64,000 nucleotides of DNA, taken from positions 77,717-141,716 of the forward strand of contig CAZQGS010000020.1 of the NCBI GenBank assembly GCA_964593235.1, read 5' to 3'. Positions 39,717-48,854 of this stretch are shown piece after piece. This DNA comes from an uncultured Gemmatimonadota bacterium (lineage in GTDB: Bacteria > JAAXHH01). The stretch's first letter is position 1; every line of letters begins with the position of its first letter. The translations under genes and the position numbers were made by a program. The notes beneath the pieces are model-generated. The model did not search any database. It saw only the letters and a program-made list of their open reading frames with translations, and was not told the origin of the DNA.

Positions 39717-39924
39717 TTAAGAAGTTTCCTTTCGAATCTAATACAGTCTATATTATTACAGGCATACCGGTCAAGAAATCCTTGTCATCCTCATTCCCCA
39801 GAAATACGACGCTACAATATACTCCAATGTAGATCTCTGAGCAATTGTAATCGACGGGAATAAGTAATTACTAAATCGTATAATCTGATCCGGATTTCCA
39901 TGTTTTTAAAATATTAACTATAAT

Positions 39925-41898
39925 TTATTCAGAAGCCCCTTCGATAATCCACCTAATGATTTGTCCTTTATCAAGTGGGGCATGCTGTGTTTTAAATCGG
40001 TGGCCCATATTGGTAACTCTATATGTTTCTCCCAGGTTTTCAGCTTCTATAGTAGTTTTAGTATTATGTAGATACAATTCGATAGGTGTAGCGAGTGCCA
40101 CTGCTCCAGCTAGACCACCTAGTTGTCTCAGTCCAGGGATAAAAAGCTTCTTGGTATATTCTAAATCGCTAAGAGTATCAAATTGATCAATATCAATTAC
40201 AGCTCTAATAATATGTGAGCATAATCCACATGCGAGAAGACACCAAGGGCCAGCTTTACCTATACCTATTAGAGAAACAGAAGAAAAGCTACTTGAATTT
40301 CTCAGTCGGGCGACAGCTGTGAGAATATCTTGCACCCGGTTAGCAGTTATGGTTCGGTTGTAGGTCGAATAATAGTCGTGCTCCACATTTAATTCATCTT
40401 CAGAAAGCCCTGTCAGGAAAAGATCAGGCGCCATGACAAATTGATTTTCCATTAAAAGATTCTTAATCAAAGCCCCTGGGTTTCTCTTGTCGTCCTGTAT
40501 CAGATTATTTACACCGTTAGGGTGAATAACCAGAACAGCTCCCCGGGATTTTGCTCTTGTTTTGAATTCTGTTACTGGAATCAGACTTCCGGTGTTTTTT
40601 CTTCCAATACATAGAGAGCTTACTGTGCCAAGTTCGGTATGCTGAGTTCCCTGTGGAGTTACAATAAGTTTATCTTCAGTAGTATTGGATAATCCTATGA
40701 TTGACTGAAAACCGATGGATAGAATTTGCCGATATTTATGCAAAGTTGGTTTATCTATAGGTTTAATTTCTTGGAGGGTTTTTTGCGCCCTAGTAATCCA
40801 GTCTGCTGTTAATTGAGTTTCATTAACCCAATTTTTGGGTTTAAAACCGGGTTTGATAGCCAGCATAGATTCAGTCTCTTCAGTTTGAATGGGCTTATCT
40901 ACAAACTGGTAATCTTTTCCCTTCCCCAGAACCCATCTGCCAAACCAGGCGTAAACAGCTTCTCTACTAGTTGCATTATAGTTATGTTCAGCATCAAATT
41001 GAACTTCTGCAAGGTGGTTTTCCGCACCGTAAAGTGAATAAACCGATTTTATAGCTGGGTACTCAAAATTAGGAGTGTTAACCGTCCAATCACCGGTAGC
41101 TGATACCAATAGTAAAGGGCGTGGTGCTATTAGGGCTGCAATTTCCATGTTGTTAGTGTTGATTCGGAGGTTAGGTCCATTTTCGCAGATACACCCCCCC
41201 TGCATATGTCCAGAAATCATATTAACTGGGGCAGCTGCTATTACACGGTCATCTATAGCTGTCAGCATGAATGTTTGGGTACCTCCTCCGGAGGCACCTG
41301 TACAGGCAATTCTTTTTGTGTCGACATCGGGTAGGGACATAATAAAATCAACCGACCGGATACTGTTCCAAAGCTGCAAACCCATTAGACTAAGTCCCCA
41401 AAGTAGCTTTTGGTTATCGCCAAATGTACGATGTGCTAACTGAGTACTGTCATTATATCCAGCCATTGACCAAGCAAATGCGATGTATCCTTGACGGGCA
41501 AAATTTATACATCTAGCTGGTATCGAACCTACGGTTTCGTGGTTAAGTCTTCCATTTTCCCAATGTCCGTGGGGATTGAGAATTGCCGGGTGTAGTTTGG
41601 TTTTGTCTGTAGGGCGGTAAAGGTTCCCGGTTACATAGAAGCCAGGCAAGCTTTGGAAACGGACGTTTTCTATACTGTAGTTTTCCCGTTCAATTTTGTT
41701 AGTAATTTCTATATGTAAGGGACTTTTTGTCGGCTTTGGCCAGAGCCCCATACTGATCCAAATATGTTCTCGAAGTTGCCGAGCTCGTTCCTCCCAGGCT
41801 TTTTTTGAAGAGGGAGCTTTGAATTGACAAGGGAGGTTAAGATGCCGTATTTCTGTTATCCGACGATCAACCGGTGGAAGGGGGTCGTTACAATACAT
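39925..41898 (-). CDS. alpha/beta hydrolase (acetyl-xylan-esterase/dienelactone-hydrolase-like) with a second hydrolase-like C-terminal domain
   Basis: 657 aa. Nucleophile elbow GASGGG after NPHGHW, with a later histidine-containing segment. The C-terminal half resembles a second alpha/beta unit whose elbow reads GIGKAG. Confidence 0.55.
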   Translation of the reverse strand: MYCNDPLPPVDRRITEIRHLNLPCQFKAPSSKKAWEERARQLREHIWISMGLWPKPTKSPLHIEITNKIERENYSIENVRFQSLPGFYVTGNLYRPTDKTKLHPAILNPHGHWENGRLNHETVGSIPARCINFARQGYIAFAWSMAGYNDSTQLAHRTFGDNQKLLWGLSLMGLQLWNSIRSVDFIMSLPDVDTKRIACTGASGGGTQTFMLTAIDDRVIAAAPVNMISGHMQGGCICENGPNLRINTNNMEIAALIAPRPLLLVSATGDWTVNTPNFEYPAIKSVYSLYGAENHLAEVQFDAEHNYNATSREAVYAWFGRWVLGKGKDYQFVDKPIQTEETESMLAIKPGFKPKNWVNETQLTADWITRAQKTLQEIKPIDKPTLHKYRQILSIGFQSIIGLSNTTEDKLIVTPQGTQHTELGTVSSLCIGRKNTGSLIPVTEFKTRAKSRGAVLVIHPNGVNNLIQDDKRNPGALIKNLLMENQFVMAPDLFLTGLSEDELNVEHDYYSTYNRTITANRVQDILTAVARLRNSSSFSSVSLIGIGKAGPWCLLACGLCSHIIRAVIDIDQFDTLSDLEYTKKLFIPGLRQLGGLAGAVALATPIELYLHNTKTTIEAENLGETYRVTNMGHRFKTQHAPLDKGQIIRWIIEGASE

Positions 41899-42088
41899 AT
41901 GAAACTCCAGTAGTAATTTCGGGATAATAGCTTATTAGGTCTTTATTGCAGGGGAGCAGTGTGTTCCCCAATAGCACAAGCCTTTTTTCTATACAGAATA
42001 TGGATTGAATTGGTATCTTATTGCTTGGTGAATCTATCTATTTTTTTTATGTCAGCAAATTAAAAAATTATCATGAAGGTCATTATTC

Positions 42089-42400
42089 TTATGGATTGTC
42101 TAGTAGTTTATTCATACGGATATACCAAGAACTGGAGCTAGGTTTTCTAAATTTATCGCCTATATCGTTAAGTGCATTTTCATCTGCATCGAGGATAGCA
42201 TACAAAGCTGCTCGCCAGTCTACAGCACCATTCTTAGTCCCATATCGAACTTTGAGTAAATTCCCCTCCCGTCCTTTTTCGGGTGTCAAATCTAGTAGAG
42301 ATCTCCGAGCTTCTTCAAGATTAGCTTGTGCTACTTCGTATCGATTTAAGCTTTGGACATATTCAAATTCGGCTCGCTCCCAGTCATCTTTAAATTGCAT
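42089..42400 (-). CDS. hypothetical protein (orphan, 103 aa)
   Basis: Balanced, charged composition. RBS GAGGAA lies upstream of the ATG. The overlapping plus-strand ORF (42021-42419) is Ser-rich and looks like a shadow. I recognise no family. Confidence 0.5.
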   Translation of the reverse strand: MQFKDDWERAEFEYVQSLNRYEVAQANLEEARRSLLDLTPEKGREGNLLKVRYGTKNGAVDWRAALYAILDADENALNDIGDKFRKPSSSSWYIRMNKLLDNP

Positions 42401-42439
42401 AATAACTTTCCTCTTTTAATGTATTGAAATTCGTCAGAT

Positions 42440-42809
42440 CTAACAACCACTCAGATTAGCTGTAGCGATCTGTAGGGGTTTTGACCAACTGTAGTATTGG
42501 AATATGACCCTCTTCCTCGATATAATAGTGTACAGTATCTTGACAGTCTGGAGTTTTTGTGCCATCGAAAACATTGATTCTGAAATCAGGACTATTGGGC
42601 CATCACTACCATGTTCATAACCTGCAGGAACCATTCAAACATCACCCGCATCTAAGATGAAATTTCCCCCCCGGGGCCCTTCATATGTCAATCCAGTAGG
42701 AAGTGCCGCTACCTTTTAGAAGTAGCAATGTTTCGTCGTGATCGTGGAAGTGTTTTTCACAACTTGGAAGGGCAAAACTATCTTTCATAATACTTTTGTG
42801 ATAAGCCAT
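42440..42809 (-). pseudogene. decayed cupin-domain gene (one frameshift plus one in-frame TGA)
   Basis: An intact RBS (AAAGGA) and ATG at 42809 are present. Cupin motif 1, HFHDHDETLLLLKG, is followed by a TGA at 42681-42683 that needs a 1-nt shift to continue (YEGPRGGNFILDAGDV). An in-frame TGA at 42635-42637 then sits inside motif 2 (GDV*MVPAGYEH). Confidence 0.6.
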
Positions 42810-43232
42810 TGAAAAGGATCCTTTCTGGAATGGATTTGTTCAAAAGATTATCTAAAAAAGATTGAACAATAAGAAAATAATAGTTAGTTATAAAAACCAG
42901 ACTTTAAGTTAAAAAATTAGGTTTGCCTGTCATTGATAAGAAATAGTCTGCAATGCTACAAACAAAGAGGCCCATGGACAAATTAAATGAGATAGTAGAA
43001 AAAGAAATAGATTTGTTTGTATTTATGGGTAGTCGTTAGCAATTGATTTATCCGGCAATCCGACTTATAGGACTTAATTTTACTGCGACTTATCTGACTG
43101 GTAAAATTAGTTCCGATTGTATTTAGAGCAATAATTAGACCAACAATGTTATAAGAGGGTTTTTAGATCTAGATGTTAAAATATAGGTTTCCGAATCTAT
43201 ACTGGTTTTAATTTTTTTATAAGGAGCCATCT

Positions 43233-44078
43233 ATGGCAGCCGGACGTAAGGTTAATATCGGTTGTATTCAAACTCCAGCGCATGAAACTTTTGATGCAGC
43301 TATCGACATCGCAAAAAAACTTTCCAGAAATGCTGTGGAGGCGGGAGCAGAACTTCTTTGTTTACCGGAATATTGTGGTGGGTTAAAGAGTGATAGAGGC
43401 ATATTCAGACCACCTGCAGCTCCCGAATCAGAACATCCTGTATTAGAAGCTCTACGTAGTTTCGCATGCCAAAATAGTGTGTGGGTATTGATAGGTTCTT
43501 TAGCAGTCGAAGGGCCTAATGAAAGGCTTATCAATAGGGGTTTTCTGGTAGATAGTAAAGGTAATATTCGAGCTCGATATGATAAGATTCACTTGTTCGA
43601 TGTTAATTTGTCTTATGATGAGTGTTACCGAGAATCTACTGTTGTAAACCCAGGTAGTGAGGCTGTTGTTGCCGCTACTCCCTGGGGCTTGCTCGGTATG
43701 ACTACCTGTTATGATCTTCGATTTCCCCATCTTTACCGTCAATTAGCCCAGAGTGGAGCTGAAATTTTAGCAATCCCAGCTGCGTTTACCAAGAAAACAG
43801 GAGAAGCGCATTGGAGAGTTTTAAACCAAGCGCGAGCAATTGAGAACGGTGCAGTAGTAGTGGCTCCTTGCTCTACGGGGGTAGTGCCAGGAGGGGGAAT
43901 GGTATATGGACACTCTCTGGTCGTATCACCCTGGGGTGAGGTGCTGTGTGATGGAGGAGAGGGCCCAGGCTACCAAGTTGTTACTGTGGATCTGGAGGTG
44001 GTAGCCAAGGTCCGCAAACAGATTCCTAGTCTAAAGCATGACCGCCCTTTTAAACTTAAAAAAGTAAATAAAGGATGA
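43233..44078 (+). CDS. carbon-nitrogen hydrolase family protein (Nit/omega-amidase-like)
   Basis: 281 aa. Catalytic triad contexts LPEY (Glu), KIHLFD (Lys) and TCYDLRFP (Cys). Confidence 0.85.
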   Translation: MAAGRKVNIGCIQTPAHETFDAAIDIAKKLSRNAVEAGAELLCLPEYCGGLKSDRGIFRPPAAPESEHPVLEALRSFACQNSVWVLIGSLAVEGPNERLINRGFLVDSKGNIRARYDKIHLFDVNLSYDECYRESTVVNPGSEAVVAATPWGLLGMTTCYDLRFPHLYRQLAQSGAEILAIPAAFTKKTGEAHWRVLNQARAIENGAVVVAPCSTGVVPGGGMVYGHSLVVSPWGEVLCDGGEGPGYQVVTVDLEVVAKVRKQIPSLKHDRPFKLKKVNKG

Positions 44079-44262
44079 TATCTTCTTAGCCAATAATATC
44101 GCCTTCTGGTATTTAGTTTTGCCTTATAAGGTAGGAGTAAAATATGTCATTCCTTGGTCGACCCAAAATAAAAGATCTCTATTGCAAAATCTGGATGATT
44201 TAGGCAATATAAGTAATATCATCAATAAATTAGAAAGTCCTATACCGATGGGAAAATAATAA

Positions 44263-45720
44263 ATGGATATAACTAATATTGTCCTCCTAATTTCACTATT
44301 AATCAGCATAACGTTGGCGTGTATACTAGGGGTTTGGATAATGAAAACCAACGGTCAACTCCAAGAATTGGGGAGTAAGAAAGCCTGGCTGGATAGTGAA
44401 CTAACTAGTTTACGGGAAGAATTAGTTGAAACACGTAATAAACTAGAACATTCACGAGGATTAGAGATTGAGCAAGCCAAACTCAGTCAAAAACTTGTGG
44501 CAGTTGAAGAGGCATATGAACGAACTTCTTCCGAAAAACAAGCAATAGAATCTATAGTAGGAGAACTTCAGGAAAAATTACAAAAATTGTTTACTGAAAA
44601 AGCTGAGTTAAAAACAAAAGTTGAAGGGGCTGAGGGACGGCTCAATGAGCGGAATCAGGTAGAAAAACGTTTTACGGATGCCTTCAAAGTACTTTCTGGC
44701 GAAGTTCTTAAATCCCAACAAGAAACTATCGAAGAGTCATTTAAAACCCGCAATGAGGCAGTCGAAAAACTTGTTAAACCTTTGTCAGATAAGATAGAGG
44801 TACTGGACAAGGCTCGCTCCGAAAATGCAGGTGAATTTAGAACCCAAATATCAAATCTTATGCGCACGAATAAAGAACTTGCTGGGGAAACACAGATCTT
44901 GTCAAATGCATTGAAAAGACCCGATATTAGAGGCCGTTGGGGTGAAACTCAACTAGAAAGGGTTCTCGAACTTTCAGGGCTGCGTAGAGATATTGATTTT
45001 ACAGTACAGGACACCTTTGAAGTGGAGAGTGGAAGAAATCGAACTGATGTTATCGTTCGGTTGCCTCAAGAACGGACTATAATCCTCGATTCAAAAATAT
45101 CTCTTGCTGCTCTGATAGAAGCTTTCGAAACGGAAGATGAAACTAAAAGATCAGAAGCCTTCGACCGGCATGTAACCCAAGTAAAACACCATGTGGACTC
45201 CCTTGCAAAGAAAGAATATTGGAATGTTCTCTCTTCGACTCCCGATATGGTGGTAATGGTATTACCCGAGTTTGCCTTTTTGCCAGCAATAGAGCGAGAA
45301 CCTGGCTTGACAGAACGGGCCTTAGAAAAAAATGTAATTATTGTTACTCCACCTGCCCTTCTAGCTTTGCTCAAAGCTGTAGAAATGTCTTGGCAGCAAA
45401 TTCGGGTTGCTGAGACAGCAAGGCAGATCAGCGATTTGGGGAAGGAAATGTACGAACGACTAGCTGTTTTTGCTGGGCACTATGTTAACGTTGGAAATTC
45501 TTTGAGGCAAGCTATCGAGCGATATAATCGAAGCGTAGGATCTTGGGATAATCGTGTAGCAGCCTCTGCCAGAAGATTTCCTGAGTTGAATGTACCCGTA
45601 AGTAGGGACATGCCTGAGGTTGACCCTATAGATACCGTTCCTAGTTCGATCCAGAAGTTGGTTCAAGATGATTCTCCAAGATCGGACCCAGAAATAAGAG
45701 GGACCGAATCCAAAGAATAA
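44263..45720 (+). CDS. rmuC: DNA recombination protein RmuC
   Basis: 485 aa. N-terminal TM helix, long coiled coil, and a C-terminal RmuC nuclease-like domain (RGRWGETQLERVLE, DSK, MVLP). Confidence 0.88.
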   Translation: MDITNIVLLISLLISITLACILGVWIMKTNGQLQELGSKKAWLDSELTSLREELVETRNKLEHSRGLEIEQAKLSQKLVAVEEAYERTSSEKQAIESIVGELQEKLQKLFTEKAELKTKVEGAEGRLNERNQVEKRFTDAFKVLSGEVLKSQQETIEESFKTRNEAVEKLVKPLSDKIEVLDKARSENAGEFRTQISNLMRTNKELAGETQILSNALKRPDIRGRWGETQLERVLELSGLRRDIDFTVQDTFEVESGRNRTDVIVRLPQERTIILDSKISLAALIEAFETEDETKRSEAFDRHVTQVKHHVDSLAKKEYWNVLSSTPDMVVMVLPEFAFLPAIEREPGLTERALEKNVIIVTPPALLALLKAVEMSWQQIRVAETARQISDLGKEMYERLAVFAGHYVNVGNSLRQAIERYNRSVGSWDNRVAASARRFPELNVPVSRDMPEVDPIDTVPSSIQKLVQDDSPRSDPEIRGTESKE

Positions 45721-45736
45721 TACGATATTTTTCTTA

Positions 45737-46621
45737 CTACCAAGTTCGTTCCTTAAGAAGGTCTTGGATGGCATCTCTCGAAACAGGTAAGGCTTCCTGG
45801 TGATCTTCTAGCCATACTGAAAAATCAGCCTCCATTGCGTCAGACCATCGGTCGTCAATCTGGCCAGGAGTGTATTCCCCCTCTTTCAGCCTTTGTTTCC
45901 CAAACATGTCTCTGAGTTGAACAAGTTCCGAAGTTTTGACAACTTTTTCCGCCAGGTGTGGAGGGATAAATATTACTCCTTCTCTTTTTCCAAGTACGAC
46001 GTCGCCAGGCATTGTTGTTGTTTGGCCGATCCGCACAGCAGTATTGATACCGAGTAGCATTATGGTAGGAGAAGCATAAGAGGGGTGCCATCCTCGGACA
46101 AAGCATGAAAATTCGGGGATTTCTTCAATACCTTCTAGATCCCTTACCGAACCGTCAAATACAACACCATTACCGGAATTAGCAAAGATAGCTGTTGCAA
46201 GGTTGTCGCCAATTATTGGCCCATCCGTAACTTTTCCATAGGTATCAGCTACATATACATCTCCAGGGACAAGCATATCGATTGGCCAAGAGATTTGATC
46301 TCCGATACACCCGCTGGCAGCCCCTTTACTCTCCATTACTTTTCGCATAGCTGGACGGCGAGGCATATACATAGCTGTTACAGCTCTACCAACAAGTGTT
46401 TTTCCGGGGTGAGTTTGATGCCAACCTCCTTCATATTGGTGTTCATACCCAGCTCCTTTGACTACACCCCAAGCTTGGGTGACAGAAACATTTTTCATCC
46501 GTCGGAGGATATCATCGGACACTTTGGGTCGGCCATCATTAAACCTTTCGCCATCCCAGTCTGGGGTGTATTCGATAAGTTCATCTGGAGTTAGATTAAG
46601 AGGACAAAATTTATTAGACAT
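45737..46621 (-). CDS. RraA family protein (long form; putative aldolase/decarboxylase)
   Basis: 294 aa. GDNLATAIFANSGNGVVFDGSVRD matches the RraA/HMG-aldolase core. Confidence 0.7.
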   Translation of the reverse strand: MSNKFCPLNLTPDELIEYTPDWDGERFNDGRPKVSDDILRRMKNVSVTQAWGVVKGAGYEHQYEGGWHQTHPGKTLVGRAVTAMYMPRRPAMRKVMESKGAASGCIGDQISWPIDMLVPGDVYVADTYGKVTDGPIIGDNLATAIFANSGNGVVFDGSVRDLEGIEEIPEFSCFVRGWHPSYASPTIMLLGINTAVRIGQTTTMPGDVVLGKREGVIFIPPHLAEKVVKTSELVQLRDMFGKQRLKEGEYTPGQIDDRWSDAMEADFSVWLEDHQEALPVSRDAIQDLLKERTW

Positions 46622-46632
46622 ATATTTACTCC

Positions 46633-47424
46633 TTACTTATGTATTTCTTCAATAAAGTTGTGATTCCATTGCCAGTAGCTAAGATCAAAGTTTGTTTTCC
46701 TTAAAGCGAGAGTACCAACATAGCCATCACTCGGATCGATTGGTACCATAGACCAATCAAGAGCATCTTTAGGTTTATAGGGTGTGGTGAGTAATTTCGG
46801 TGACTCATTTGGATCAGCCGTAACCTCAAATTTATCTAGAGGGAAAGATAAGCCCCACCCCATGGCTTTAATAAATGCTTCTTTTCTGGTCCAACATGTT
46901 AGAAAAGCTTTATCCCGTTGGTTCTCAGGCAGACTTTGTAGTGTAGTATATTCCCTCGGTGTAAATAACCTCGATGCTATTTTCATTCGGTCAATTCGGG
47001 AGCGACGATATAAGTATTCCACATCAACTCCGATCAAACAGTCAGAGCTCAGGGCATAAATAGCAAGATTGTGGGAATGAGAGACGTTAAATTGTATCTT
47101 GTTCGAAGAACAAGCCAATACGGGTTTGCCATTTCTATTATATCGGAACCTTAGTTCAGAGGGATGTAAAGAGACGTATAATGAAAGGATCCTTCGTAGA
47201 ATTGCCCTAGCAATAATATATTGGTGCCGTTTTTGAGTCAGAGCCAAATGGGTAGCTTTCTCAAGCTCATCCGGTGACAGGAGGTGTTTAAGGTTATTGA
47301 TTTGATGAATTGGAAGCTCTAAAGTAGATCGCCAGATATGAACCTGATTAGTAGGTAATAGCCAATCGTTATTTAGTGGAACTGATGCCCATTTTGGGTC
47401 TTGGTTTGAAGAGTCATCACTCAT
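46633..47424 (-). CDS. 4'-phosphopantetheinyl transferase, Sfp/HetI type
   Basis: 263 aa. FNVSHS, GVDVE and FLTCWTRKEAFIKAMG motifs. Confidence 0.8.
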   Translation of the reverse strand: MSDDSSNQDPKWASVPLNNDWLLPTNQVHIWRSTLELPIHQINNLKHLLSPDELEKATHLALTQKRHQYIIARAILRRILSLYVSLHPSELRFRYNRNGKPVLACSSNKIQFNVSHSHNLAIYALSSDCLIGVDVEYLYRRSRIDRMKIASRLFTPREYTTLQSLPENQRDKAFLTCWTRKEAFIKAMGWGLSFPLDKFEVTADPNESPKLLTTPYKPKDALDWSMVPIDPSDGYVGTLALRKTNFDLSYWQWNHNFIEEIHK

Positions 47425-47602
47425 AACAAAGTTAATTTTCTAATAAACAATATATTTGGCGTTTTTATTCAAAATAGGGGATGTTCCAAAGAAGGAGAAA
47501 TAATTTGGGATTTAGTTCACCCTTGGGAAAGTTGGTTAAGAACATATTCCCTTATTAATTACAGTGTTTTGTCATTAAATAGCCATCAAGAATTATTATA
47601 GT

Positions 47603-48742
47603 TTACCAGTCTGCTACACTATCATCAGCTAAATGTCGATATTCACCGCCAAGCTCTTCTTTATATTTTACCCGTTTTTGTACTTCTTGTTCGTTAATAT
47701 CAAAACCCAATCCGGGCTTTGTAGGTAATGCAATATACCCATCTTTGACCTTCCAATTTTCTTCTAGTAATTCATTGCCGAGAGCCTGGTCGATTTGTTC
47801 CTGAACAAGAAAGTTGGGGATTACAGCGTCGACTTGCATGCAAGCTGAAAAAGCTACTGGTCCAATAGCACAATGAGGCAGAACATCGATGTAATATGTC
47901 TCTGCCATATTTGCAATTTTTTTCATTTCAGTTATACCCCCAGCATGTGAGGCGTCAGGTTGGAGATAGGCGGCGGCTTGCTTTTCTATAACCTCACGAA
48001 AATCCCATCGACTTAGAAGACGTTCACCCGTAGCGATAGGGAATGGAACGTGGTCAGATACAAGTTTTAATGCATCTATATTCTCTTGAGGGACAGGTTC
48101 TTCCACGAACATAGGTCTCATATGTTTTATCTCGTTACATATCTCAATAGCTAATGCTGGATTCATTTTTCCATGAAAATCAAATGCTAATTCAATTTCT
48201 GGCCCTACCCATTCGCGCATTAGGGAGGCACATTCAACAAATTTGTCAATGACAGCCGGAGATTCATGTCCTCTCCATTGCCCTGCAGGGCCAGACTTAA
48301 ACATCGTGTAACCATTTTTCTGTAAATAGTCCAGACGTTCTTTTGCCCTAGATAAAGTTTCGTCAGAAAGGTTGGTTATCCCCCAATGTGCATATACACG
48401 AATTTTATCACGGACGGCACCACCAAGAAGTTTGTAAGTAGGTATATTGTAGTATTTCCCAGCAATATCCCATAACGCTTGATCTATACCCGATATAGCA
48501 GTCATAAGAATAGCACCTCCCCTATAAAAAGCTGAGCGATACATATGCTGCCAGTGATGCTCAATTCGAAGGGGATCTTTCCCGATCAGGTAGTCAGCAA
48601 GTTCTCTCACTGCTCCCTCTACACTTTCTGGTTTTCCCTCGAGAGTAGTTTCGCCCCAACCAGATATACCCTCATCTGTCATGATTTTGACAAGCCGACT
48701 GCGGTGAGTTGGAAAAAACTGATTTATGGACGTGATTTTCAT
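47603..48742 (-). CDS. dgoD: enolase-superfamily dehydratase, D-galactonate dehydratase-like
   Basis: 379 aa. MKIT...VKIMTDEGISGWGE N-terminus. Metal-ligand contexts FDFHG, VEEP and QPD. Ends in W, as in DgoD. Confidence 0.8.
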   Translation of the reverse strand: MKITSINQFFPTHRSRLVKIMTDEGISGWGETTLEGKPESVEGAVRELADYLIGKDPLRIEHHWQHMYRSAFYRGGAILMTAISGIDQALWDIAGKYYNIPTYKLLGGAVRDKIRVYAHWGITNLSDETLSRAKERLDYLQKNGYTMFKSGPAGQWRGHESPAVIDKFVECASLMREWVGPEIELAFDFHGKMNPALAIEICNEIKHMRPMFVEEPVPQENIDALKLVSDHVPFPIATGERLLSRWDFREVIEKQAAAYLQPDASHAGGITEMKKIANMAETYYIDVLPHCAIGPVAFSACMQVDAVIPNFLVQEQIDQALGNELLEENWKVKDGYIALPTKPGLGFDINEQEVQKRVKYKEELGGEYRHLADDSVADW

Positions 48743-48854
48743 AGATAATCCTGATGTAAGTATGTTTCATTTAAAGCTAAGTTTTTAAATCATTAATCAT
48801 TCCCACCGAAGGGTTATTGATTAATTCAGTAAAGAATTCTAGAACCCTTGTTAC

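Noticed and set aside
39835-39900. Plus-strand sequence CTGAGC...AATCTGATCCGGAT resembles the CUGAGA and CCUGAUCUGGAU elements of a TPP riboswitch, close to thiDN.
   Set aside because: It is on the wrong strand: the flanking genes, including the clpX-like-thiDN unit, are on the minus strand. The GGGG/ACCC pairing elements and P1 stem are not evident, and the reverse complement shows no TPP-like order of motifs. Most likely a chance match.
41959-41979. The hairpin GGGGA-N-TCCCC downstream of the orphan gene could be a terminator.
   Set aside because: The stem is only 5 bp and no adjacent T-run occurs on either strand.
42021-42419. A 132-aa plus-strand ORF overlaps the orphan gene.
   Set aside because: Its composition is serine-rich and low-complexity, with no RBS. 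It is the mirror frame of a better minus-strand ORF and is most likely a shadow ORF.
42635-42637. The in-frame TGA inside cupin motif 2 could be a selenocysteine codon or a sign of a TGA-recoding genetic code.
   Set aside because: TGA clearly terminates well-conserved neighbouring genes such as glyQS and the Gfo/Idh/MocA gene. The same gene also needs a frameshift. That motif position is normally a hydrophobic residue, not Cys. A pseudogene or sequencing error is more parsimonious.
42974-43039. A 21-codon ORF (MDKLNEIVEKEIDLFVFMGSR) with the RBS-like AAAGAGG lies in the empty spacer.
   Set aside because: It is too short to support without conservation or expression data. It is mentioned only as a candidate to check if the spacer turns out to be conserved.
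44124-44351. A 75-aa minus-strand ORF lies in the spacer before rmuC.
   Set aside because: It is highly hydrophobic and low-complexity, overlaps the rmuC start and its likely promoter/RBS, and has no recognisable RBS.
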